Shown: piece after piece, positions 55,760-64,000 of the stretch
How the letters are laid out: every line of letters begins with the position of its first letter
Numbering within the stretch: position 1 is the stretch's first letter
Assembly: GCA_038065955.1 (NCBI GenBank)
Contig: JBBTPY010000008.1
Span: 4,697-68,696 of the forward strand
DNA length: 64,000 bases
DNA from: Patescibacteria group bacterium
GTDB taxonomy: Bacteria > Patescibacteriota > Minisyncoccia > UBA6257 > UBA9933
Direction: 5' to 3'
Notes under the pieces: generated by a model
The model's input: the letters and a program-made list of their open reading frames with translations, nothing else
The model's database searches: none
What the model was told of the DNA's origin: nothing
Made by a program: the position numbers and the translations under genes

Positions 55760-57380
55760 TAGTTTTTTCATTGCTTTTACCATTTTGGTTTTTTATATAA
55801 ATATTAAGATCCATTTTTGTAAATTTAGATGGATCAATTTTAATATTTACTTTTAATCTTAATTCTAATCTCGCATCACTATCAGAATCGAGCGTTTTAA
55901 TAATTTCATCGTGGTTTCCATTATTATCGCTCCATTTTGCATGAACTTCATTATCGTGTGGAGCAAAACCAGACCCTTTAATTTTAATCATTAAGAATCC
56001 CATTATAACTTCTACTATACCAGATTGACCAGGTTGAAGAGAATCAATTTTCGGAGCCTCTTGCGCGGGTATATCTGTCGATGAAGTTGAAGTTGAAGTT
56101 GATAAAGATGGGAGTACAGCTATTGAATCTGATTTAAAAATATTATTATTGCCGCGGCATTGGATAGTGTAAAGTTTATAATCGCGAGAATTGATAATTT
56201 CCGTTAATTCTTGCCCCGATGTTTGTTTTTGTCCGGACCATGCGCCGGAAGCCATACATGATACTGTGCTAGTTGATATCCATGAAAGTGTGGCGGTTGA
56301 GCCCGCGGGAACGGAAACGCTTGGCCCGTCAGAGCTATTGGCTTTTAAATTGACGGAAACAGTGGAAGAGGCGGCGGGAGCGGTAGTCGTGGTATTGCCG
56401 GAGCCGTTTTTAGAACCGCCGGAAGCAATACCTGACGCTCTTTCCAAATAAGCGGCGGCGAGCCAGCCGATTTGTCCGGTGTTTATCACTTGGATTTTTC
56501 GCATTTGGAATTTTTTGCCTCCGATCACGCAATATTTTATTTCCGAGCTGATGATTTTCAATAAAGTTCCGGCGGAGACGATTCCGATTTCGCGGCATTT
56601 TTCGTCTCTTAAATTAATAGTGGCCGTAGTTCTGACGAGTTCGTTGACTTCAAAATTAATCCCTGATATCAGCCGTGGTTCGGACGGCGAACCGGATGAA
56701 GACGGCAAAGACGAATGCGCCATGATTTCAAATCCGTAAAGTTCGTTCAGTTTGCTTATTGTTTTTTGTTCGGCGCAGCCGGTTTGTTCAATGTCATACG
56801 CCTCCTGAAATTTTTTAAGAGCTGTTGATGTTTCGTCGTTAAAATCGCCGGTAATTTTATCGGCAGAATCAAAAAATTCTTCAAGAAAAAGAACAGTTTG
56901 GAGAGCTATGATATCGGAGTCGTTTTTTGCGTTAAGGCAGAAGTTTTTCCCCCAGTTATAGGCGAAATCTTTGAAAAAATCTCTAGTGATTGTCGCTCTG
57001 GCTTCCGGCGGGATGGTGTTTTCGTCGATGCGGACGCCTACAGAAGATAAAGCGGACTCATTTTTATCGTTGACGCATTTAATTTGGTAATTTTTCGCCG
57101 CTTCAATGTTTTCGGTTGTTTGAAAACCGGAGGCTGGCAGGATGCCGGACCAATCGCCGGAAGCGTAACAGCGGATAGCGTTATTTGATTCCCAATTTAA
57201 ATTAACAATAGAGCCGTAAGAAACGAGCGCTGTGTTTATGGTATCATTGGCCTTAATAACAGTGGAAATAGCGTTTGGTTCAATTGCCGGTTTATAAAAA
57301 ATTTTTAACGCCACGGCTGTCCCGCCGATGAGACTGATTATAGTTACAGAAACTAAAGCGATTATTTTTATATGCAACAT
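55734..57380 (-). CDS. secreted protein with peptidoglycan-binding-like and SH3-like modules
   Basis: Signal/TM anchor; PG_binding_1-like helix bundle (ALQTVLFLEEFF...ALKKFQEAYDIEQTG), two repeated modules with SW..C.ASG.WSG motif, S/T-rich linkers. Confidence 0.45.
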   Translation of the reverse strand: MLHIKIIALVSVTIISLIGGTAVALKIFYKPAIEPNAISTVIKANDTINTALVSYGSIVNLNWESNNAIRCYASGDWSGILPASGFQTTENIEAAKNYQIKCVNDKNESALSSVGVRIDENTIPPEARATITRDFFKDFAYNWGKNFCLNAKNDSDIIALQTVLFLEEFFDSADKITGDFNDETSTALKKFQEAYDIEQTGCAEQKTISKLNELYGFEIMAHSSLPSSSGSPSEPRLISGINFEVNELVRTTATINLRDEKCREIGIVSAGTLLKIISSEIKYCVIGGKKFQMRKIQVINTGQIGWLAAAYLERASGIASGGSKNGSGNTTTTAPAASSTVSVNLKANSSDGPSVSVPAGSTATLSWISTSTVSCMASGAWSGQKQTSGQELTEIINSRDYKLYTIQCRGNNNIFKSDSIAVLPSLSTSTSTSSTDIPAQEAPKIDSLQPGQSGIVEVIMGFLMIKIKGSGFAPHDNEVHAKWSDNNGNHDEIIKTLDSDSDARLELRLKVNIKIDPSKFTKMDLNIYIKNQNGKSNEKTIKLIRDFP

Positions 57381-57489
57381 AATTCCTATATGTCTATATT
57401 AGACTTTTCCCCTTCACATAATTATATAATATAATATAATAAATTATAATAGGCGCGCAAGAAGTAAGAAGTCGGCGTAATTTTAAAAT

Positions 57490-58365
57490 ATGGGTTTTAT
57501 AAAAATAGCCGCGGCAATTTTAATTTTTAGTTCGGGCCTGATAGGTTCTTATTTCATTGTTAATAATTCCGGTCCGGTTGCGCCAACAGCCGGTTTTGGC
57601 GATGAAAAATTAAGCAACGCGTTAAATGATTTGAAAAACGCCGGAGATTTATTAGTCGGTAAAAATCCAATTCAATGGTCAAAAGAATCTTCTGATAAAC
57701 CTGCGTCCGTATTGAACGCATTGAATTCGCCTTTAGCGTTAAATTCAACATCAAGCGACGGCAAGGACGGCAATCTTACCAAATTAGTGGCGGGTTCAAT
57801 ATTTTCCGGAATGCGGCAAATGGACGAGGGAAACAAAAACCCTTCAGAGTATTTTAATCCTTCCAATCCGTCAGACCCGAACAGTAAAAAAGCGGTGGAG
57901 GTGGCATTAAGCGGCCTTAAAAACCCTCTTTCATTTTTGGATATTTCAATAAGCGACGGCGATTTGAAAATTTCATCGGATAATTCCAGAGAATTTAAAA
58001 TTAATTATTTAAAATCAACGGCGGATATTATTACGAACAATTCCAATGAGTTTTTTGACAATCCCATTAAAGCGCTTGAAAAATTGATGTACGGCGACGC
58101 TTTCGCGCTCAATAAAGTAATTAATTCTTACTCCGAAATTTATAAAGGATTTTTGAATACGCCGGCGCCGCGGGATTGGCTTAGTCTTCATAAACGGTAT
58201 TTAGAGGTGTTGAAAAAAACTGAGCTTGTTTATCGCGGTATGGCCGATTTTCAGAATGACCCGATAAAAGCGTCTTTGCTCGGCGAGGCGCTTCCTCAAA
58301 TGGTTAAAGCGGAAGCGAAAATCAGGGAAGAATATTATCAAAAAGAAATAGAGTTTAGGAATTAG
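57490..58365 (+). CDS. membrane-anchored hypothetical protein
   Basis: 291 aa, N-terminal TM. Confidence 0.35.
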   Translation: MGFIKIAAAILIFSSGLIGSYFIVNNSGPVAPTAGFGDEKLSNALNDLKNAGDLLVGKNPIQWSKESSDKPASVLNALNSPLALNSTSSDGKDGNLTKLVAGSIFSGMRQMDEGNKNPSEYFNPSNPSDPNSKKAVEVALSGLKNPLSFLDISISDGDLKISSDNSREFKINYLKSTADIITNNSNEFFDNPIKALEKLMYGDAFALNKVINSYSEIYKGFLNTPAPRDWLSLHKRYLEVLKKTELVYRGMADFQNDPIKASLLGEALPQMVKAEAKIREEYYQKEIEFRN

Positions 58366-59823
58366 ATGAATTTTTTCAAAAAAACAATATTATTTTTCAT
58401 CGTTTTTCTGCTTGTTTTTAATTCTTCGGGATTTTTGAAATCTGGGTTTTTGAAATTTATTCCTCCTAAGGCGGAAGCCGTGTGGTGGTCCACTTTATTT
58501 CAACAACTTGGAGATTACGCTCTGCAAATTTGGGAATGGATAAAAACAAATTGGCAAAAATTAATGCGCGACATTATCGCCAAGCGGCTTATTGATTATA
58601 TCGTTGACGAGACGGTTAAATGGATTAGCGGCGGCGGCGAGCCCAAATTTGTGAGTAATTGGCAGGGTTTTCTTGATGACGCCGGCAAAATCGCCCAAGA
58701 TTCTATTATCAAAGAAGTGGGACTTGCGTCTTTATGTCAACCTTTTAAACTACAGGTTCAAATCGGTCTTTTGCCGGTTAAGAAATTTTCAAAAAGGATT
58801 GAATGTACGCTTGACGATATCGTGGGGAATATTGAAAATTTTTACGCCGATTTTTCGCAGGGCGGCTGGATTGCTTATGGCGCGATGTGGGAACCGCAAA
58901 ATAATTTTTTCGGCGCGTCTATTATCGCTCACGATGAAATGTTGATAAGGATGGCGAAAGAAGCGGAATCAAGAAAAAACGAAGCGATAAGCAGTGGCGG
59001 GTTCTTGAGTAGTAGGACTTGTCAGGGATATGCGTATGTCAGTAAAGAAAATTGCGAAAGCGCTCCGGATAATCACGGAAAAAATTGCGTCAGTGTTAGC
59101 GATGACGGTGAAACACGATGGTGCGCCGCTAATGAAGCAAAGATTAATACGCCCGGCAGCACCATTGGCGCGGCGGTGGCTGCAGGGGTTACTTCAGACA
59201 TAACTTGGGGCGCGAATATTGAATCATGGGTGTCGGCGCTCGTAAACGCCGCGATTAACCGCTTAATAAAAGAAGGTATATCGGAATTAAATAATTCTGA
59301 TAATCCTGAATATTCAGGGAGTTCTCATTATCCTCCGGAATACGCTCCCGTAAGGGACGGCGAAATCGGGGCGAATAATCAAACGATGATAGATGAAATA
59401 AACGGCATCGCGAACGGCTGGCGCCAGCTTATTAATTTCAAGCAAGCGTCGTTTGATTCTGCCAGCTCAACACTTGCAATTTATTTAGAATTACAGCAAA
59501 GAGGATGTTCTGTTTCTCAAGAAGAAATTAACGGCGCCCAGGGAGAAGCCGATAGATTGGCCGCCGAAGTTGCCGCTTTGTCTTCAAAGATTGCCGAAGC
59601 CGACAGCGCCATAGCTCAAATTATTCAGGGTGGAACAAGCGGACAAACAGCTTACTTTAATTTTATGAATAAATACAACAATGGCGCGACGCGTTTAGAA
59701 ATTGACCCTGATAATATAGGGGTAGCTTCGGATGAAATGAATCAAAAAGCGACGGAAGAGGCCAATGCTCAAATAAGACTTAATTCCTGTCAACCTCCGG
59801 TAAACGCCACTTCAACACTGTAA
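58366..59823 (+). CDS. secreted hypothetical protein
   Basis: 485 aa, signal peptide, Cys pairs, coiled-coil C-terminal region. Confidence 0.35.
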   Translation: MNFFKKTILFFIVFLLVFNSSGFLKSGFLKFIPPKAEAVWWSTLFQQLGDYALQIWEWIKTNWQKLMRDIIAKRLIDYIVDETVKWISGGGEPKFVSNWQGFLDDAGKIAQDSIIKEVGLASLCQPFKLQVQIGLLPVKKFSKRIECTLDDIVGNIENFYADFSQGGWIAYGAMWEPQNNFFGASIIAHDEMLIRMAKEAESRKNEAISSGGFLSSRTCQGYAYVSKENCESAPDNHGKNCVSVSDDGETRWCAANEAKINTPGSTIGAAVAAGVTSDITWGANIESWVSALVNAAINRLIKEGISELNNSDNPEYSGSSHYPPEYAPVRDGEIGANNQTMIDEINGIANGWRQLINFKQASFDSASSTLAIYLELQQRGCSVSQEEINGAQGEADRLAAEVAALSSKIAEADSAIAQIIQGGTSGQTAYFNFMNKYNNGATRLEIDPDNIGVASDEMNQKATEEANAQIRLNSCQPPVNATSTL

Positions 59824-59827
59824 TTTT

Positions 59828-61819
59828 ATGAAAAATTTGAGAAGTAAAAAATTTTATTTTAGGGCGATATTTATTTTATTGGCAGTTTCGGCGATTTGGC
59901 TGGTAATGCCGGTTTTTTCTTATGCCATGGGCCATGCAGAATATGAAGAATTCGCCGCCGATGCCGAAAGTACAACTAATCAAGTGGGGATTGTGGCTTA
60001 TATTATTGGTAGTATTTTAGGAGCGTTTTTGTCATTATTCGCATATCTTCTTGATTGGGTAATACAATTTAGTAATGAAATTATATATTTAAATGCCGTT
60101 CAAAATGGTTGGCAAATCGTTTTGAGTTTTGCCAATCTTGGTTTTGTTTTAGCAATTATTGTTATTGCTTTTGCCACGATTTTAAGATTGGAAACTTACG
60201 CGATGAAGAAGACGCTTTGGAAGCTGATTGTGGCGGCTTTATTGGTTAATTTCAGTATGGTGATTGCCGGCGGAATTATTTCTGTTTCTAAAATAGCAAC
60301 AGATATTTTTCTCGGGCAGATGACTTTTGAAAATTTTAGCGATTCTTTGGCGCAATCAATGAATGTTAGCGCTTGGGGAGAGACAAAAGATGTTGGCGCT
60401 TATGATCTTATAACTGGCGGCTTCAGTTATCTTCTTAAGTGGTTTGCCAGTATTATATTCGTAATTATTTTCACATTTTTAACGATTTTTGCTATGGCCG
60501 GTTTATTTGTAATGTTTTTAATCAGAGCCGCGGCCTTAATTTTTCTTCTTATTTTATCTCCTTTGGCTTGGCTGGCATGGATTCTGCCGTCTACAGAAAA
60601 ACATTGGAAAACTTGGTGGGAAGAGTTTATCCGCTGGAATATTTTCGCGCCCGCGAGTCTATTTTTCGTTTATTTGGCGATGGAAATGTCAAAAAATCTG
60701 AAAGATTCAACGAGTTTAAATATTGTTTCGTCTAATAAAGCGGCAGAAGCGTTAGGAGAAACAATTCTTTTATCAAACAGTTTTATTAATTATTTAGCTC
60801 AACTATTTGTTGTTTTGGCAATGTTGTTTGGCGGGTTATATGTGGCGAATAAATTAGGCGTTGCCGGTGGAGGTTTGGCTTACGGCTGGGCGCAGGGAGC
60901 GGGCAAGTGGGCAGGCGGAGCGGTGAAGAGAAGGAGCTTAAAAACAGGATTTGGCATTACAGAATCAATAAATCGTTGGAGACAGCGAAGGCAGGGCATT
61001 AAGCCCGGCGAAGAAAAAAGCATTGCCGAAAGAACATCTACATGGGCCGCTAAAAATCCGCGTTTGGCCAAATGGGCGGGGATTGGTCTTGCGGCTCAAG
61101 GAGTGGCGAAGTTGTCCGCCGCCGCCGGCGAAAATTTAGTGAAAGAATCTAAGAAAAAGGCGAGCGAAAGAAGTTTTAATGAAAATATCGCCAAACTTAG
61201 TTACGCGAATAAGACTGACAGGGCGGGCATTCTTTCTCATTTACAAGAAAAAGATTTATTGGATAAGACGCCCGATGCTTCCAAATATATTGATAAAAAA
61301 TATAAAAATGAATTTGCAAGCATTGGCCAGAGCGTGGTTTATGATAAAATACAGAAATCTTTGGGTATGGATGTGGATATGAAAATGGCGATTGACAATG
61401 ATGACCCCGCGGCGTTTGATGTGGCAGCCGAGAAATTCTTCAGAAGACTTTCAAAAGAAGAGCGCAAAAAACTTCCTTACGATGAAATTTACGGGAGAAA
61501 ACCGCCTTTCGGACTTAATGAGAAAAAGCACAAATTATTTATGGATGGATTTACAAAATCTTTTCTTATGGCTGAACCCGGAAACGCAAGAAATATAATT
61601 ATGGGCGTTAAATCAAAAGATTTAGACACAGCTGAAATGTCTATTAGAATGGCAGCGTCTGAGATTGGAAAAATTAATCCTGAATTATCGGCGAAGATAA
61701 AAGAATCGATAGAACATAGTTTGGGAAAACGAATACTTGGTTGGGAAGAAGAGACGGCGGAAGTAAAAAAAGAAATTAAAGAAACAAAAGAAGAAGTTAA
61801 AAAAGAAAAATCTAAATAA
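59828..61819 (+). CDS. large polytopic membrane protein, VirB6/TrbL/PrgH-like candidate
   Basis: 663 aa; signal peptide, >=6 TM in first 350 aa, long hydrophilic K/E-rich C-terminal extension. Confidence 0.4.
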   Translation: MKNLRSKKFYFRAIFILLAVSAIWLVMPVFSYAMGHAEYEEFAADAESTTNQVGIVAYIIGSILGAFLSLFAYLLDWVIQFSNEIIYLNAVQNGWQIVLSFANLGFVLAIIVIAFATILRLETYAMKKTLWKLIVAALLVNFSMVIAGGIISVSKIATDIFLGQMTFENFSDSLAQSMNVSAWGETKDVGAYDLITGGFSYLLKWFASIIFVIIFTFLTIFAMAGLFVMFLIRAAALIFLLILSPLAWLAWILPSTEKHWKTWWEEFIRWNIFAPASLFFVYLAMEMSKNLKDSTSLNIVSSNKAAEALGETILLSNSFINYLAQLFVVLAMLFGGLYVANKLGVAGGGLAYGWAQGAGKWAGGAVKRRSLKTGFGITESINRWRQRRQGIKPGEEKSIAERTSTWAAKNPRLAKWAGIGLAAQGVAKLSAAAGENLVKESKKKASERSFNENIAKLSYANKTDRAGILSHLQEKDLLDKTPDASKYIDKKYKNEFASIGQSVVYDKIQKSLGMDVDMKMAIDNDDPAAFDVAAEKFFRRLSKEERKKLPYDEIYGRKPPFGLNEKKHKLFMDGFTKSFLMAEPGNARNIIMGVKSKDLDTAEMSIRMAASEIGKINPELSAKIKESIEHSLGKRILGWEEETAEVKKEIKETKEEVKKEKSK

Positions 61820-61824
61820 TAAAT

Positions 61825-62895
61825 ATGTTTCAAATTGCCAGACAACAAGCGTTAATGAGATGGGATAGTCTTCCAATAATTTTGCGAGAAGCATTGTTTT
61901 CCGAATACAACGCCAATATTTTGTGGAAGATTTGCGAGGGACAGCATTTATCGGAAGACAAGATTTCTAAGGTCGCCACGCTTGCCGGCGACGTGATTAT
62001 GGGTTTTATGCATCCCGAGGATTTGGCCAAAGAAATTAAAGAAGCGCTTGGCATTAATATTGAAATCGCCAATTCTATTTTCGCTGAAATTAACCGTAAA
62101 ATTTTTATGCCGCTCAGGGGAGAGATTGATAAAGTTTATTCGTCCGCCGGGGCATTAACGGAGGAAAAATTAGCGGAAGAAATCGCGCTTGCGGTGAGCG
62201 AAGCCGAATTGCCGCCGGTTGAAATTTCCGAAGAGCATATCGTTGATTTGCGGACATTAAAGCGGGAAGAGGCGGCAGTAAAAGAAAATGTTAAATCGGA
62301 AGAAAAAGAAATTTTGACGCCGTCTGCGGTGAATCAAGCCGAACCAATAATTATTCATAAAGAAGAAAGCGCAAGGCCGATTTTAGGGGCCAAGCGGTCT
62401 TTGGGCGGTTTATTCGGATTTTTAAGAGGAGAAAAAGAAGCGGAGCCAAAAGCCGTGGAAGCGAAAATAGAAATCGGCCGGACGGCGGAGGAGATGTCAA
62501 AAGAAATTCCGGAACCGCCAAAATTAAAAGTGGTTCATTACAGCGAATTTAAGACGCCGGTAGCTGACTCACTATCTAAGACTGACGATAAACGAGAAGA
62601 GTTGCCGGTTCCGGTTTCGCCAAAGCCGATATCTTCGGTTTTGCCAAAAACCGCTTTGGATATTTTAGAGATTGAACCGCCAGTTGAATCCCCGGCTCAG
62701 GTTGCGGCTAAGGTTTTTGAAAAAGCGCCGGAAAAGGCGCCGGAAACGCCCTTACTTCCGCCAAAACCGCCGATTCCGCCAAAGCCGCCGGTTCCCCCGC
62801 AAGAGCCGAAATTTGAAATAAAAAAAGGCGAAGAAGTGATTGATTTGAGAACGATGCAAAAGATATCAAATATTAAAAATCAAAATGCAAAATGA
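61825..62895 (+). CDS. hypothetical protein with Pro-rich C-terminus
   Basis: 356 aa; PPKPPIPPKPPVPP tract. Confidence 0.35.
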   Translation: MFQIARQQALMRWDSLPIILREALFSEYNANILWKICEGQHLSEDKISKVATLAGDVIMGFMHPEDLAKEIKEALGINIEIANSIFAEINRKIFMPLRGEIDKVYSSAGALTEEKLAEEIALAVSEAELPPVEISEEHIVDLRTLKREEAAVKENVKSEEKEILTPSAVNQAEPIIIHKEESARPILGAKRSLGGLFGFLRGEKEAEPKAVEAKIEIGRTAEEMSKEIPEPPKLKVVHYSEFKTPVADSLSKTDDKREELPVPVSPKPISSVLPKTALDILEIEPPVESPAQVAAKVFEKAPEKAPETPLLPPKPPIPPKPPVPPQEPKFEIKKGEEVIDLRTMQKISNIKNQNAK

Positions 62896-63256
62896 CAATG
62901 TAAAGTTTAAAAATGATTTTAAAAAAAGATTATATAATTGGGTTTTGAAATTAATTAAATTTATTGACAATCTCCCCAAAGATTCTGTTTGCGGCGTTAT
63001 GGGGAAACAACTTTTAAGAAGCGGCACGAGCATTTTGGCAAATTATATTGAAGCTAATTCAGCGAGCTCCAAAAAAGATTTTATTAATTTCTTTACTCAT
63101 TCTTTAAAATCATCCAATGAATCTAAGGTTTGGCTCTCCCTATTAAAAGACACCAACAAGGGCAATCAAAATGAGTTAAAATGGTTACTGGGCGAATTGA
63201 TTGAAATATCCAATATTTTGGCTTCCAGTATTATTACTTTAAAAGGTAAAAAATGA
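62885..63256 (+). CDS. four-helix-bundle protein (TIGR02436 / 23S rRNA IVS-type)
   Basis: GKQLLRSGTSILANYIEANSASSKKDF..SLKSSNESKVWL signature. Confidence 0.6.
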   Translation: MQNDNVKFKNDFKKRLYNWVLKLIKFIDNLPKDSVCGVMGKQLLRSGTSILANYIEANSASSKKDFINFFTHSLKSSNESKVWLSLLKDTNKGNQNELKWLLGELIEISNILASSIITLKGKK

Positions 63257-63314
63257 TTTTAGAATTTTGAATTTTGATTTGTCATTTTGATTTTTGATAT
63301 TTACAGTTTAAATT

Positions 63315-63839
63315 TTGTTCATGCAATTTCAAGTCCCTCAATTTATTGACATTGAAAGCAAAATCGTCGGGCCTCTGACTTTGAGGCAGTTTTTGTATTT
63401 GGCGGCGGCCGGCGGGGTTGCCTTTCTGACTTTTTGGATTTTTCAGATATGGCTTTGGTTTATTGTTTCGGCGATTTCAGCGGCCATAGCCCTTGCTTTG
63501 GCTTTCGTCAAATATAATGGCCAGCCTTTGGTTAAAATTATTTTTTACGCCTTCGGTTTTTTTTGGAATCCGCGGCTTTACATTTGGCAAAGGATGGCCG
63601 AGGAACGGGCGCTGGAGATTTCTTCCGTTGAAGCCAAAAGAAACAATCTTAGCCGGTATTTCAGCGAAATGCCATCCGTTAAAAAACTCTGGCAGGATTT
63701 GATTACCACGAAATCGCCGATTCCCAAAAGAGAAAAGCCGCGCTTCGCTAATTGGGGGAGGCCGGCGAAAGAAAATCTGGCGATTTTCAAAAAACTGACC
63801 GGAGAAAAAGAAATTGCCAGAAGAATTGATTATAGGTAA
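63315..63839 (+). CDS. PrgI/VirB3-like 2-TM protein
   Basis: MFMQFQVPQFIDIESKIVGPLTLRQFLYLAAAGGVAFLTFWIF... resembles PrgI-family T4SS inner-membrane component. Confidence 0.4.
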   Translation: MFMQFQVPQFIDIESKIVGPLTLRQFLYLAAAGGVAFLTFWIFQIWLWFIVSAISAAIALALAFVKYNGQPLVKIIFYAFGFFWNPRLYIWQRMAEERALEISSVEAKRNNLSRYFSEMPSVKKLWQDLITTKSPIPKREKPRFANWGRPAKENLAIFKKLTGEKEIARRIDYR

Positions 63840-63852
63840 AATATATTATATT

Positions 63853-64000
63853 TATGACAAAACAAGAATCTGTTGCCACCCAGCAATTTGTTGATATTAC
63901 GGATATCAAAGATGGAGCTGTTTTTTTGAAAGGCGGCGGTTTGCGCCGTGTCTTAATAGTTTCAGGGATAAATTTTGACCTTAAATCCGAAGAGGAGCAG
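63853..64000 (+). CDS. N-terminal fragment of probable VirB4-like ATPase (continues beyond window)
   Basis: MTKQESVATQQFVDITDIKDGAVFLKGGGLRRVLIVSGINFDLKSEEEQ pattern as seen at N-termini of CPR/Gram-positive VirB4-like proteins; no stop in window. Confidence 0.3.

Noticed and set aside
56191-56739. Short plus- and minus-strand ORFs (56191..56451, 56410..56598, 56479..56739)
   Set aside because: They overlap the large secreted-protein gene on the opposite strand or out of frame, with no independent support.

Overview
Reading the translations and DNA by eye, this window is a gene-dense, low-GC bacterial chromosome segment. Its small proteins, scarce Shine-Dalgarno sequences, stand-alone 5'-3' exonuclease, ATP-dependent DNA ligase and large type IV pilus/competence cluster are all typical of a small-genome Patescibacteria/CPR-like organism (inference only). 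It spans the replication-origin neighbourhood: dnaA-dnaN on the minus strand, the rpmH-rnpA-yidC-jag block, and a gene-orientation flip at about 19.7 kb. The window also carries a long T4P/competence locus (pilB-like, comF, pilMNO, pilB, pilT, pilC, pilin, pilD, three pseudopilins, a secreted FN3/Cys-rich protein, pilX-like). Other recognisable genes include one tRNA-Arg(CCG), the ribosomal proteins L34, S15 and S20, pnp, glyA, iscS, ksgA, uvrD-like, ruvABC/yebC, a PBP1A and an Xer-type tyrosine recombinase. A T4SS-like cluster (VirB6-like, PrgI/VirB3-like, probable VirB4 start) begins at the right edge. The candidates most worth following up are:
1. A family of 36-40 bp perfect palindromes with a DnaA-box-identical core, clustered around a PaaX-like regulator gene.
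2. Two direct copies of a ~75 bp element containing a 40-bp perfect palindrome, 23.8 kb apart, with one copy abutting the tyrosine recombinase. They bracket the entire competence/ligase segment.
3. Pervasive in-frame tandem or palindromic repeat insertions inside conserved enzymes, with the same heptamer families recurring in different genes and in intergenic DNA.
4. An in-frame RuvA-M23 peptidase fusion ORF.
5. Two cassettes of strongly Shine-Dalgarno-driven small peptide/lipoprotein genes.
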